NCBI GenBank assembly: GCA_010909165.1
Contig: MU008158.1
Span: forward strand, 3,497,478-3,561,477
DNA from: Anthoceros angustus
Taxonomy: Eukaryota; Plantae; Anthocerotophyta
Direction of reading: 5' to 3'
Length of the DNA: 64,000 bases
Shown: positions 1-15,824 of the stretch, piece after piece
Numbering within the stretch: the first letter of the stretch is position 1
How the letters are laid out: the number at the start of each line of letters is the position of its first letter
The notes under the pieces: generated by a model
Seen by the model: the letters and a program-made list of their open reading frames with translations, nothing else
Database searches by the model: none
Told to the model about the DNA's origin: nothing
Position numbers and translations under genes: made by a program

Positions 1-24
1 GTGGCAGCACCTGCACGCAGCACC

Positions 25-660
25 TGCAGTCAGCAGACAGGCCCTAACGCGCAAGCAAGCTGTGCTATGCTGTGCTGTGCTGTGTTGTGCAGTCGCAGCC
101 CTAAATTTGGTTGGCTAGCCGCGGGAGACAAGATACGGAAGGAAAAGCAAGGCCGAGGGAGGGGTGAATTGAGGCACCCACTGCAGATGAGACACACAGC
201 CCAGCAGCTCATTTTGTGTGGGAGGTGGGAAGGAAGGCAGGCCGAGCTCGGAATTCCGCAACGCGGCAAGCGGTGCCGATGCCGGTGCCGGTGCCGGCCA
301 TGCTCAGCGTACGTGGACTTGGACTGCCTCAGCCCCCGCCGGCTGTGGTGTAACAACTTGAAAGAATGCGGAGGACCGGGCGCTGCAGCAGCGGCCGAGG
401 GCGGCACGGAACCACGGACAACAAGAGAAGACGCGTCTCCAGGGGCCCAGAAGCCCAGAAGCCCAGGAGCCCAGGAGCCTAGAAGAAGCCCAGGACCCAG
501 TCCCAGTCCCAGTCCCAGTCCCAGTCCCAGTCCCAGTCCCGCGCACTCTTTTTCCCACTCCGCTCCAACCGGGTCCTGTCCACACTGCGCCCCACCATGC
601 TTTATTATTTTCTCTCCTACTAAACATACTGCCACAGACCTACTTTCCCTGGTCAAACAC
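25..660 (-). other. Probable 5' UTR/first exon and intron of a gene transcribed leftwards out of the window
   Basis: GC-rich segment with simple repeats like those in the 5' UTRs of other genes here. On the minus strand there is a donor-like CAC|GTACGC near 311 and a branch/acceptor CTGCTGACTGCAG near 25-37. No recognisable protein. Confidence 0.3.
496..540. repeat. (CCCAGT)7 hexanucleotide microsatellite
   Basis: Read directly from the sequence. Confidence 0.95.
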
Positions 661-1679
661 TATCACCCCCACACATACGTCCCCCGATGTACCTACGAAC
701 TTGCATGTTCGCGCGTCCTGCGCACAGCCGCCGGTCCGGCGACTCCATTTTGACATGGAAGTGTAGGCAACTTCCTGCAAAACCTGGTAGGTACCTGGTA
801 GGTATAGGTCTTTCCCAAATTCCCGACTTATAACATTACAAAACCAAGTAACATCCAGTAAAGGGGAGCTCCCTCCCGCGAGTGCAACACACACCATTGT
901 TCGCTTTGCACGGGTTGGGTAAAATCGGGGGAGGATTAAATAAGGACTTCGATGGAACTACATGGGAGGTTGGTCCTTCTTGACTATGACCCTTCAAGTC
1001 TCCCTTTGATGTCCTTTAGTACATGGGTTCACCTAATCTCCTCTTATCTTAATAAAGACTCATAGATCTTATACACTTGGGCACACACATCAGGACTCTC
1101 CATTTAAGCCCCTTAGACCAAACGTTGCTTTTCACCGAAACTATGACCATAGGGATGGGCATTCTCTATTCTAGTTCCCAACGCAAGACTAATATTGGAT
1201 GAAAGATATTTAGTCTAGTGTTATTATTTATGGACTATGGTTTCCAAATTAGTAGCTACTTTGAAACTATATGCTCCACATTTGACACTAAGACTTGGTT
1301 AACGTCTCCTCGAACCAGATTACAGGTCCACCGTATAACTGAACAGTCGATTTACAGTGCATAGGCCTACTTCCTTGAGTTATATGTCATATTTGTTCGC
1401 TCTAAGGAAAGAAATACTACAAAGGACTTTTCAACTCTAGGGACCAAATGCACACATTCACTTACATCATGGTGCCCACTGTGAACTCTAAACCATAGAG
1501 CACAACAAGGATCTTACAACTAGAGGCCTAGGGCTCATTCCCCCACTTAGTAGTCAACCGGGTGTGGGAGGAACATCTAGTTGTAGGCTTGAGGGATGCA
1601 AGATACCAGCATGCACGTCCACGATCAGACCGATCACACTATGTCCAGTTCAATTCAATGTTCTTTAGAAATTAACTAT

Positions 1680-1704
1680 TATATATATATATATATATAT
1701 ATAT
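1680..1704. repeat. (AT)12 microsatellite
   Basis: Read directly from the sequence. Confidence 0.95.
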
Positions 1705-2620
1705 AAGTAATATAAAAACTCTCATCAATCGATCATATGTAGACTTGACTGGATGGATTTTCTTAGCTAAAATCATAATATCGAGATAAGATTTGGTAAA
1801 TCTCATTTCATATCTTTGTTTAATCTTGCTGTTATTATTGATTCTTATATCTAGTTTCATATCTAAGTGTTTTGAGTGAATTTTGTAGGTTAAACATGAA
1901 TTCCTCCAAATATTATGCATGACGTTTATTACTAGATACAATATGTTTTCTCAAAACAAGTTTACAAGAGGATAGAATGCAGCGAAGAGAGGATCAATAA
2001 TTATCGAGCACTCTCTTGGTTTATGCCTATATAAGTGGAAGAAAGCTTCAATGACTTACATAATATTTTTCCATGTTGTTTGGCTTCTATTACACATGAG
2101 GTGCTTTGATCATAGTCAGGAGAAGCAGCAGTTGGCATCTTTTTGAAGTCCAAAGACAGTTAGTTACTGTGTTTGTGATTATGTTGTTTTCCATAAGATA
2201 TAATTTTTTATGTGTTTATATTATTTTCCATATGATACAAATTTTACTTGTTGCTCTTGTCATATTCAGATTCTTGTAATAGATCATAAACGTGTGTTCT
2301 ATTGATTGTGTGATTGTGTTTGATGTCCAAAGATGGTTAGTTCGTGGGTTTGTGATTATACTATTTTCCATTAGATACAAAATTTACTTGTCATATAAAG
2401 ATTCTTGTTATATAGCATGAACAAGTCTTCTATTGACTGCATTTAATGTCCTTTCTCTAACATAGCTTATTCTCTTCGGTATCCCTATATTTACTACTGA
2501 CACATGACATGACAGTGATTGTACTTAACTATTAAATTAAGCATGTTTTGGCATAGAATATGAAATATAATTTTTTTATTTTTGATGTTTTTGCTGGCTT
2601 GTCTATTATTTAGGTGAAAT

Positions 2621-3143
2621 ATGGAGCGTAGGCTGCAGCGTCTAGTATGTTGTTTTTATGCTTCGGGCTTTGAGCATGAGGAACCAAGCGATCTAGATGG
2701 AAAAGAAACAGAGGTTGCTAATCCAACGCAAGGTATACTATTTTCTTTTGGTGAAACTAGGCAAGACTTTCACGGTACGTTAATGCAAAGATCTGATTTC
2801 AACCAAGATGTGAAATCGAAAGTGCTCATGCATGTTTTCTTTATCTTGTTCAGAGACAAAGCAAGTGAATGAAGAGGAAGAAATTGCTGAAAGAGAGAAT
2901 AACTTGAAGATCAATGCCGTTATTCACAAGCTTCAGCTATTGGAAATAGCACATCAGCAGGAAAAATTGAAGGAGCTTCAAAGAGTGCAACAGCTGAAGG
3001 AAATTGAAGAAATGATGGATAGCTCACGCTCTAATGACAACATGGATAGTTCAGATGAAGCAGCTAACAATAAAAGGCTCCGTGGACTGCAAAGTGCTCT
3101 TGTGACGGCCATCAAACATCGCAAAGCAAAAGATAAATTGTAA
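2621..3143 (+). CDS. Small two-exon coiled-coil protein of unknown function (~133 aa)
   Basis: ORF 2621-2732 and ORF 2854-3143 join in frame across a GT-AG intron (CAAG|GTATAC ... TTGTTCAG|AG), giving ...NPTQETKQVNEEEEIAERENNLKINAVIHKL.... A degenerate paralogous exon lies at ~4750-4905. Confidence 0.45.
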
Positions 3144-3944
3144 AATTGAGTTTGCATGAAAAGTTATGTGAGACACAATTATTAGTCCAATAATTAGTTA
3201 TGTTGAACATTATTTTTGTGAAAATATCAAGCTTTATTGAGAAGCTATAACTCCTCTCATTGAGCAGAGACAATTCTCCCTTCAAAGGTGTCATATAGAA
3301 GTGGGTCTATTGGTACTCTACAGTCAAACACCCTTGAGTTGGATAACCGTTGGGATGGGGTGCTACTCATCACCTGTTGTAAAAATGTTCTACGGGGCTA
3401 CTTGTTGTAAAAAGCCCTACGGCGCTGCCTATTGTAAAGTCCTATAGGGCTACTCAAAATTAAGTTCACTACTAAGTAGAGATGAGATAAAATTAGACAT
3501 TAAGTTGAGCCAAGAAAAAAACTAACCGAGAAGAGCTAAAATGAAAACACCTTTCACTTCCAAAGCCAAAAACCTTGCCTCAATACTCTGCAAGACCTCG
3601 TGGACATTCAACAACTTCTCATTCAGAGTCCCTTGAACCTCATAGAAATTCAGAAGGAGGAAGACCTCACTTATCAACAAGAGGTTGCAACTCAGCCTTA
3701 AAAAGCTTGCTAACAACACAACCTTGTAGGTAACAACACTGAGCAAATTTCATGTTCCAAAGTCAATTTTTTCATATCCACTTTAATAAGGCTATCTCAC
3801 CCATACACCAATCTAAAGGATGATCTTGCCCAAGCCGCAAAGTCGCCACCGCCTCATTTCAAGCGTCAGCAGCACGAACAATATTTAAGTTAGTAGATTT
3901 TCCTGCAATTCCTCAAAACAGTGGAGCTCCACATCAGAGAGCTT

Positions 3945-4495
3945 AGCTTGTAGCTTATAGCTTATTATTAACTTGTAGCTTATTATTAGCTTGTAATTTA
4001 TTCTTAGTTTGTAGTTTATTATTACCATATAGCTTATACTTAGCTTATAGTTTATTATTAGCATATATCTTTTACTTAGCTTGTAGCTTATTATTAGCTT
4101 CTAGCTTCTAGGTTATTCTTAGCTTGTAGCTTATTTTTAGCTTGTACCTTATTATGAGCTTGCAAACTATTCTTAGGTTGTGGCTTATTGTTAGCTTGTG
4201 GCTTATTGTTAGCTTGTAGCTTATTGTTAGCTTGTAGCTTATTGTTAGCTTGTAGCTTATTGTTAGCTTGTAGCTTATTGTTAGCTTATAACTTATTCTT
4301 AGCTTGTAGCTTATTACTAGCATATAGACTATTCTTAGCTTGTGGCTTACTCTTAGCTTGTAGCTTATTGTTAGTTTGTAGATTATTCTTGGCTTTTAGC
4401 TTATTGTTAGTTTGTAGCTTATTCTTAGCTTGTAGCTTATTACTAGCATATAGCTTATTCTTAGCTTGTAGCTTATTCTTAGCTTGTAGCTCATT
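3945..4495. repeat. 18-bp minisatellite (consensus GTTAGCTTGTAGCTTATT), ~30 degenerate units
   Basis: Tandem periodicity is visible. It translates as (LLACSL)n on + and (ISYKLT)n on -. Confidence 0.95.
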
Positions 4496-4749
4496 CTTAC
4501 CTCGATCTTTAGTTGAAAAAAAAATCGAGCCATTAGCAAGAAGGGTTACAAATATTCATCCTAGAAGGATCAATACCTTCATTTTCAATAAAATTGAGAT
4601 AATAGGAGTTGGAATCATTTATGTATGATGTGTTCAACTACATGGTTAAAGATGTTATAGCATTCTGGTTTTTTTCTCTTGTTGTACCTTTTCGTATATA
4701 TTTTTTATTGAATATATCGGGTACATGTTTACATTTCACTTAATATAGA

Positions 4750-4905
4750 GGACCCCAAAGAGGTTACAACGGCAAAAATCCTTGAAAGAAAGAATAACTT
4801 GAGGATTAATGTGATTATTCACAACCTTAAGAAGTTAGAACTATCACAAAGGAAAAACCACTTGAAGAAACTTAATCAAAATATTGCAGCCCTTATAAAA
4901 AACTG
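4750..4905 (+). pseudogene. Degenerate paralogue of the second exon of the 2621-3143 gene
   Basis: After an acceptor (TATAG|) it reads EDPKEVTTAKILERKNNLRINVIIHNLKKLEL, versus ERENNLKINAVIHKLQLLEI in the first copy. Confidence 0.5.
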
Positions 4906-6942
4906 AAACAATAGTAAAACTTCATTATTAAATTTAATATGGATCATAGTCCGGAAAGAGCTAACAATAGAAGACTTGTTCCTACTATATAATGCTTTGT
5001 AACAGCCATGAGTTCTAGTGTTATGTCTACCCGAGCTAACAATAGAAGACTTGTTCCTATTATATAATGCTTTGTAACAGCCATGAGTTATGTCCAGCGT
5101 GTATTGTGATGTACGTGCTATATCTAGTGAGTCTTGTTACCATTTTTTTCTCAAGGTGCTTAGTGCCCACAATCGGTCTACACAGAAATATAACTCGTGG
5201 TATCAAGCTCGGCCACAAGTTATATCAAGCTCGGCTGCCGTCCAACATAGGTAGTGCGAAAAGATTCAACCTAAAGATATCTTCCAGTCTAATATTGAAG
5301 TCTTCCCTAAGTCTTGCAGAGATGGACTGTCATACTCCTCATTCCCCACGGACCGGACAGGGATCAGCTTCCTGTTTAATTGAGCCATGATCTTAGTGAA
5401 CATGGGATTCACGTCTTGCCCTCGCCAGTTCCCGCAACATGTGTATTATAATGCCCCGTATTAGCCCCGCTTGGGACGGTAACATAACGAACTTAATCAC
5501 TTAATCCGCTACTCAAGCGTTCCAACAGAGCGCTGTGGTCACTAGACTAGCCTCCTCCGTGTCAAGGCATCCCGTCAAAGGTATCCCAAAATAGGTATCC
5601 CCTAAAACGACAGGCCAGACAGCTGTAAGTTGCCAGATCCCGCCTCTTCGCAGCCTACGAATGTGAGCTGCAAGTTGTTTTCCTTCAGCCATAGTCCATA
5701 TTCCAGACCATGAGCTCGGGCTCGGACCTGCTCCACACCATACATAGGTAGGTTGGAGAGACAGCTTGGCCACGTGGTTGGCAGGGTATCACATCTAGAA
5801 GCGCCAAGCCTTCGTCACAGCGCGGAACCGGGCTCGGGACTCGTCAGGTGTCCTTGCGCACTGTTTGAGACTCTAGCACCTCCTCGATCCAATTCTTCCT
5901 CTGCTGCTAAGATTCCCGGCAGGTGCAGAAGGAAAAACCGAGTAACAACAGCTGGTCGTCGCCTGTCGAATCTGTCAAATCTGGAACATGCAGTTCCAGG
6001 AACATCAAATCCTAGGCCAATTTGAAGCTAGTATTTTCACTCAGATCGGGAGATACCGAACCAAGTTAGCTGGAACACCTACGTTTTTCATTGGCCAAAA
6101 GATAATGAAGAGCCTCCGATTCCAGCTGCTGTTAGTTGCACAACGCGCCTCCACAGGAACGAAGTACCTAATATACTTTGCCCATATGTACCCCCTCCCT
6201 GCCTCCGAGGGCTTCCTCAAAATCAGAGTACATAGTCTTAAGAAGTCATATAACGAATACCGGGCTAATATTATCTTTGATCCGATCCACATACCCTTCA
6301 AGCTACGTTCAGTTTCAACGTTGCGACATAGGAGAATTTAATACTGTACACTCCCCTTCATCATCCTTGCTAAAATGCAGAGAACCTTCCCCGCCCTCCC
6401 ACTGAGACAACACCAAGTGGCTGGAAAGTAATGTTTCTACCGAGACTGTTAACAAGAGAAGAGTCGGGGCTTCTCGACAATTTCGTCTTCCCTTCCCACT
6501 GCAATCACTGCCATGACAAGACAGTCAGCCACAAACCGAGACTGAACAGGCAGTTCGAGGAAAAGGAAGACGATGCACAAAGCAAATACATGCTCACATA
6601 TTAGTGGAGGGGTCAACGAAGCGTAGGGGAGACCAGGGCCAAAACATGGATTCCCATACGACAAGTGGGACCAATTTCAGCATACCCCTCCAACATCTTG
6701 TCCCTGGTATCATCGGCTCCACGACAACTACAAAGTGAAAGGCTGCTAAGCTGGCAGTAAAGTAGGCCGTTGCTCGCTGCCAATAACAATGGTGCATATG
6801 CTTGTCATCTCAGGGTGACGGCTCAGGGTAGAGAGCACGGAGACTCCTGAGCAATCATACTGAAACCCAACATAATCCTCCTGGGTCAAGCTCCGCTGTC
6901 CAAGTACTGATTACCCTCCTTGTGAAAGAGGGTGATGCAAAG

Positions 6943-8853
<1,911 letters not shown>

Positions 8854-9514
8854 TTATCTCCAGTACCTACACAGATGCCCTAACTAGCGTGTATGGCGTG
8901 GTTCCAGACAAATATAGCGAGGAGCGAGGAAAATCAGATTAATAACTAATAATAAGTGGGCACGACTATCTAATGGGCCCTTTAGGAGTCGTAACACAAA
9001 GCCCTATAACCAGCGCGGTTTTCCTTTGGCGGGGGGCAAATTCCAATTGGCAGTGGCACCTGCAGCGCTTCCTTCCCCTCTTCCGTCGCACATTGCGCGC
9101 GCTGGCCTTGCGGGCCCGGCCCGGTTGGGGCCCTCGGCTGCCTGCTCACCAGCCCACTGCCCACTGGATCCACTCAGCCTACAAGTACACTTCTGCCGTC
9201 TGCTGTGGCTCTCCTGCTTGCTTCGCTCGCGGTCTTTCTGCCTACCAGCTTTCTTGCACTCACCAATTTCCACCTGACTGCCGAGACGTCCCAGTGCGCG
9301 CTCCACTCACCGGATTCCATGCCGCTGCGATCGGTCACCACGCACGTCCGAATTCGGATCCCACTCAATTTCGCGGCAGCAGCTCCATTCATGGCGGCAG
9401 AATGAAGATGGCACCGCATCTGTGGATCCCGAGCCCGCTTCTGCGCCCTGCTTTGCTGCCTAGCTACGTGGATGCGGTTTGACTTGGCTGCTTACTGCGA
9501 CAGCCCGGCCAGCC

Positions 9515-12500
9515 ATGGCAGGCTTTGGAGGGATTGTGGTTTCGGACCCCTTGCTGGCCAGTCAATTCACTCAGGGGGAGCTGCGAACTCTCAAATCTCA
9601 AGTACATATTCTCCCATGTCCTGCTCACTGGCACGACGTGTATCTGCATTGCAATGCATTCCAGGCATTCTTGCTGCTGGTTTGCGGTCCTGCTATTTTG
9701 CCTGCTTAGGTGCTCAGTCACCCTGAGCTCAGCTGGAGGTGAAAGGCGGCCCGACTCTGCACCGACGCAATATCGAAGCGTCTGCCATTTCGGGTGTGCT
9801 CACGTTTCGCGGCTTTTCGTCTGCAGTTCGAGGCGCTGAACACGGGGAAAACTGGATATGTCACGGCCAGTGAGTTGGAGGAAGGTTTTGCGAAGCTCAA
9901 CTTGCAGCAGGCTTTGACTTCTCAGGAAGTGGAAACAATTATGAGCAAGCAAGCTTCCCAGTCCAAAGCTGGTCTGGATTTTGAGGCCTTTCTATGGGTA
10001 ACATAATCAGTGTCGTACTTCCTAATCTCTGGCATTCACTGCTTGGCTGCTGTCTATCATCTTCTCACGTCTGTGATGGTCTCCTATTCAGATGTACCTA
10101 GATCTACAGAAGGGTGGCAGCCCTAAGATAAGTCCTCAGAAGAATTCCTCAGCGTTTCTTAAAGATGCCACTACCACTTTGGTACACACGATAAGTGATT
10201 CGGAGAAAAAAGCGTACGTGGATCACATCAACACTTATCTTGCTGATGATCCCGTGCTGAAAAAGCACCTTCCCATAGACTCTGCAGGGGATGCTCTATT
10301 CGAGATGGTGAAGGATGGAATACTGCTTTGGTACGTTGGGACAACGCTGTCTGACCTTTTTCGTACACATTGCTCTCATCTGCTGGATCCCATTTATGCC
10401 TGCTCTAACTGTGTTTTATGCAGTAAATTGATCAACGTAGCTGTCTCTGGAACCATTGATGAGCGAGCACTGAACGTCAAGGACAAGCTGAATCCATGGG
10501 AAAAAGTTGAGAATCAAACACTTTGTCTAAACTCTGCCAAAGCCATTGGATGCTCCGTTGTTAATATTGGCACAGAGGACTTGGCTGCAGGTCGGGTGAG
10601 TGGAAACTGCAGACAATATTGAATGTTATGGCTTTTTGTTTGATTTGGTACACATGGTTTGCCCAGACAATATGTGCTAAACCTTGGCGGTGTATGTGCA
10701 TGGCAGCCCCACCTTGTGCTTGGTCTTATATCACAGATTGTGAAGGTATGTTCCACATCTGTTTTGTCGCTATTTTGACTCAAGTATAGCTAGTTTGAGA
10801 TCATGATGGCCTTTCCTGTCATGACTTTCGTCCCATTTGTTTGGGTTGTGTATGGGAAGATTTACATGAGGTAAAGCAATGGCTGTCTACTGCAGATTCA
10901 ACTACTTGCAGATCTGAACCTGAAGAAGACACCTGAGTTGGTGGAGATATTGCTTGACTCTGAGGTGCGAACAACACAAATCAGTTTCTCTCATTCATGT
11001 TTTTGTTTGGCTGCAGATTTGTAGGACTGTAGGTGGGGTTTAGTAGACGTGAATGTTGATTGCAAGCTTGCTTGATCTCAGGAAATTGAGGCTCTTACGA
11101 AGCTCACTCCTGAGAAGGTTCTTCTGCGATGGATGAATTTTCACCTTCAGAAGGCAGGGTACAAGAAGTCCATATCGAATTTCACTTCTGATGTGAAGGT
11201 GAGATCTTGTGGCTGCATGGATGGTCAGGTCGAATACTTCAGTACACACACTCCCTGCATCTTCTGAACCTCTGAATCTGAATAGTTAGCTTGATTCCAG
11301 TCATATGGCCGGTAGTGCAGGATGGTGAAGCATACACCTTCCTTCTTCACACGTTGGCACCTGAAAGCTGTGACCTATCCCCTTTAAGGATAACAGATCC
11401 AACAGAGAGGGCAAAAGCAGTTCTGATGCAAGCTGAGCGTATAAACTGCCGCAAATATGTCTCACCCAAGGACATTGTAGAGGGGTCACCAAACTTGAAT
11501 CTTGCTTTTGTGGCCCATCTGTTCCATGAAAGGTATCATGTTGCTGCAAAGTTTTTGTGCCCATGTGGGTTATCTATGAATGAAGAGTTGACATACTATT
11601 TTGGTTTTGGACTTTCTCTAGGAATGGACTGGTGGCAGACAACTCCAAATTCTCTTATGCTGAGATGCTTGAAGACGAAGAACAAGACACAAGAGAAGAA
11701 CGAGCCTATCGCATGTGGATCAACAGCCTTGGAAACGAGACCTTTGTGAACTCATTGTTTGAGGATGTCGTGGATGGGTGAGTCCGCTGAGGCCTGCTTG
11801 TGATTTCTGCATCAAAGCAGGCCAGGACTTGATTTTCGGCTGGTAAGTAGACGGTGTGGCCAGTGGCACATATCCTGATAAGGTGGTGGTTGAAGCGCAG
11901 GTGGGTTCTACTTGAAGTACTTGACAAGGTTTCTCCAGGAGTTGTGAACTGGAAACTTGTAAACAAGCCTCCATTCCGAATTCCTTTGAAGAAGGTAGAG
12001 AATTGCAATCAAGCCATTGAGATCGGAAAGAAATTGAAGTTTTCACTCGTGAATGTAGCCGGCCATGACATCGTGGAAAAGAACAAGAAACTAATCCTTG
12101 GTATGAGAAGCTTTGGCTGGGGTGGTGATTGCCTTGGGAGATGTGGTATTGGAATGCGGGATTGAATCTCTCTATTAACAAGGCAGTGTTTGTGTATTTG
12201 GTTGTCTTGTGCACACAGCATACTTGTGGCAGTTGATGCGATATAGTTTGCTGCAAATGGTGAAAAGCCTGAAGCTTCTTGGGAAAGAGGTTTCTGATGC
12301 AGATATTTTACAGTGGGCAAATGCCAAGGTGAAAAGTGTTGGCAAAACGTCCCATATGGACAGCTTCAAGGTGAGAAAAGCTCCTTCAACTTCTTCATAT
12401 GGACAGCTGGCAATACTCACGAACCTCCTTGGAATTAACCTTTTTAGCAGCCGATCATAGTAAAGTATACCTAGCCACAGAAGATTTCATCGCAGTGAGG

Positions 12501-13028
12501 ACGCACTTTTGATTGCAAATGACATATGCAGGATAGAAGTCTATCAAATGGGATATTTTTCCTGGACCTTCTCGGAGCAGTGGAACCTAGAGTTGTAAAC
12601 TGGGGTCTTATCACTCCAGGTCAAACAGGTATGTGTGGGCTCAGTCACCGTGAGATTCCGGTGGCTGTGCTCTCTTGGCAGTCAGTCATTCTTGGAGTTG
12701 GTGGTGTAGTTGATGAGTGTTGGGTTTGTGTCAATTGTGCAGAGGAGGATAAGAAGAAGAACGCAAACTATATCATTAGTGTGGCCCGCAAGCTGGGATG
12801 CTCAGTCTTCCTTCTTTGGGACGATATTGTGGAGGTATGAGATCTAAGAGCAAGTGTCTGTGTGGTGCCGTCCCTTGCACGGTGTTGACTCCTTGTATTG
12901 TGGGTTTGCAGGTGAGGCCTAAGATGATATTGACGTTGACTGCAAGCATAATGCTGTGGAGTTTACAAAGTAAAGCTGGCAAAGCATCGGCGGTTGCAGC
13001 TGCTGCTGCCAAGGTGTCTGCATCATGA
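9515..13028 (+). CDS. FIM: Fimbrin (plastin), actin-bundling protein, ~14 exons
   Basis: Exon 1 (9515-9601) reads [29 protein letters not shown], a plant fimbrin N-terminus. Exon 2 is 9827-9997. CH-domain peptides include [72 protein letters not shown] and [14 protein letters not shown]. Exons are joined by GT-AG introns; stop at 13026-13028. Confidence 0.96.
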
Positions 13029-13479
13029 GATGTTCACGCCGCTTGGCAGGCTGAATACGGCTTGACTTTTCTCTTTGTGTGGGGAAGCTATCAACGTGGA
13101 GCACGAAACACGGGGCCAGGTGTGGCATCAGCAGTTTTTGGGTGGGGAGGGATTTGGCTGGTTTGGGGTATTCAGACAGATTATTCCCATCGATTTCCAC
13201 TCGATTGGTTCTGGATAGAGTAGGGTCTGATTTGAGACCTAGGATTCCTTCAGCACCGGCGCATTTGTAATTGGTAGGTATTTCACCGTGGGGAGGGGCA
13301 TTTTTTTAAGGGTTGGTAATGATGCCATCTCGTATCGGAAGTGAATTAGCTCAGCATTTGCCTCGGACAACTTGATAATCCGAAGTTGGTTTCCGCAGTG
13401 ACGGCGATTTTTCTCCGGCACCGATTGGAAGTTGGACTTGGACACCCTACTTAACATGAATACTCGGTACAGCTACTGA

Positions 13480-15824
13480 TCACCTACGGAGGCTTTGCCA
13501 TTTTCGTAAGGTGATTGTTGGAGGCCACTCGAGGGAGGTTGCACTGTCACCTACATAGACACAGGTGGGGTGAGACATGTTTTGAAATTTGATTGGCTGG
13601 TGAGCGATGAAAAAACCGTGTAAAAAAATATCTTGGTTCCTGACCGGCAATGTCGCTGACACGGAGCCGTACACCCGCGATTTGGCGTTTTCTGCCTGTG
13701 AGACAAGACGAGAACCCGACACCAGGCTCCACGGTGAGACACTGTTCAGACGTGCAGTTCTGAACTTCGATAAAGATTCGTTGAGGGGGGTCGGCGAACA
13801 GACCTGCTTGTCCCAGTTGGTGAAGATGGTGATGAGAAGCAAGGAAATGGTCTGTGTGGCAATCCCGCCGAGCATCCCCATCCACAGCCCCTGCCCCAAC
13901 ATGATAAGGCTAGAATGAGGGAATGGACGAGTGTATTACACACATGCACAAGACTTGATGGCACACGGCAGCGGGATTGAAATGTGGTGGTGCACAATGG
14001 CTTACCCTTCCGTTGAGGTGGTACACAAACGCCAAAGTGATGGCAACAGGGAGGCCCACAATGTAGTAGGCCCCCAGATTTGCAAATGCTCCAAAGGCCT
14101 GCCACCCGCATCCCCTAGCCACCCCTGCAGGCAGCAAGCAGCAGGCCCACGGCACACATCAAGTCTAGTCCGACTCCTGGACCGGCTGGCACACAATCGC
14201 GGAGGGCTGAGAAGAAGGCAGCACCTGAACAGACAGCCTGGATGCCATCCATTAGGGTCAAGACTGATAGAAACGGCATCATTGTGGCTACATAGGCAGC
14301 CACCTCCTCCTCGTTGCTGAACGCCCAGCCCCACACATTGCGAATCGAGAAGAGAGTACTGGAAATTGTGATTGCAGTTGCAATTGCCAGCATCAGGGAT
14401 ATGACTACTGCAAACTTGGCTGCAATTGGACGTCCCGCTCCCAATTCATTTGAAATCCGCGTGCTGCACAAGGAAAGGGTGGGGGAACGGGCCGGGCCGG
14501 GCCGGGCCGGGCCGGGCCAACATTGTCAAGTAACAGTCTGCCAGGCTCAGAATGGATACCCCGCAACAACTCGTCTCACCTGGCGGCTGTGCTGAGACCA
14601 TATGGAATCATGTATGCGAGAGAAATAGTGTTCATGCTGCCAGAGACAGACGAGGAGGTTAGTCACAGTGGGACCAGGGTGTCATCAACACTGGAAAAGG
14701 TGATGCTGTAAAGGGGACTAACCATATCGAGAGCGCAGACAGCTCCAGCTGAGGATTTGGCAACAGTCCTGATAGAATCACCAAAAGCTCAAAAGACCAC
14801 CATTCCAGGCTGCCACATGCCACATGCCACACTGTCAGGGCAATTGCAAAGGGTGTACTGGACTGGTATGGAAATATTCCACAGTACATAACTACCCACC
14901 AGACCATTACAGCAGACGGTACAGCCAGCTTGAAGAATCCGGTAAAGTCGTGTAGAGCATCTCTGGAAAATCCAGTCCAAGTCTTCTTGCATGCGGGTGC
15001 AAATTTGATGTAGGCAGCGATGAGGAGGGCATTGAGCCATGCGGAAAGGCAGGAAGCCAATGCTGCCCCCCGGTAGCCCACGCCCAGCTTGTAAATCAAG
15101 AGCCAACAGAGAGGGACGTGCAGGACCATCGTGATGACAACAGAAACCAGCATGGGAACAATTTTGCTCTGAGTCTGAAGGAACTTCTGCATGGGCTGAA
15201 GAACCGCCCAGGCGTAGAGAATGGGTATGAGCCATCGGGCGTATTCCCCCGCCTTGTCAGAGATTTGGGCATCCTGCCCCGCCAGTCTGAGCAGCGAGCC
15301 CATGTTGAACCAGAGCACCGTCACCACCAGGGCCGTGGCGAAGAGCACCACCACCCCCCTCTGCATGAACACTCCCAGCATGCGGTACTGCTTGGCCCCG
15401 TATGCCTGCCCGCACAGAGTCTCCAAGCCGCTCCCCAGCCCAATCTGCAATGCGAGCAAGCATAAATCACGCAGCTTCCACCTCCCCCCTCCTCGGGCCC
15501 CCACAAGCACCCCGTGAATGCAGGCTGCAGCAGCCGTACCATGACGCTGAATCCTGAGACGCTGCCGAAGGACGTCGCAATCGAGGCGCTGGCAAGCGAG
15601 AGCTCATCCAAGTGACCCACAAACATGACGGACACCGTGGTCAGGGAGAACTGGAAAACGTTGACGCCGATCATAGGAGCCGCCATGGCGAGCTGCTTCT
15701 TCACCTCCAGCCACACAGACGATCCGCACGACGAGGGGGGTGGTGGGGAAGTGGAAGGCGGAAGCACCACCTCCCTTCCCTCCCCCTCCAGGGGTAGCAG
15801 CGGCGCTGTCACCGAATCCGCCAT
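13480..15824 (-). CDS. DTX: MATE/DTX family efflux transporter, multi-exon
   Basis: MADSVTAPLL...EVKKQLAMAAPMIGVNVFQ...MFVGHLDELSLASASIA; GLGSGLETLCGQAYGAKQY; LAVPSAVM; SLEWWSFELLVILSGLLPNP; STRISNELGAGRP; CGWQAFGAFANLGAYYIVGLP; GLWMGMLGG. The exact last exon and stop are uncertain (13480-13690). Confidence 0.95.

Noticed and set aside
3540-3900. Coiled-coil-like remnant, possibly LINE-derived
   Set aside because: Multiple stops and no diagnostic motif.
3945-4495. Minisatellite as a CRISPR-like or telomeric array
   Set aside because: No unique spacers, no cas genes, eukaryotic context, and the unit is unrelated to TTTAGGG.
5200-6900. Possible spliced gene downstream of DDX41 on the minus strand
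   Set aside because: Splice-like signals exist, but I could not build a consistent reading frame or recognisable protein; left unannotated.
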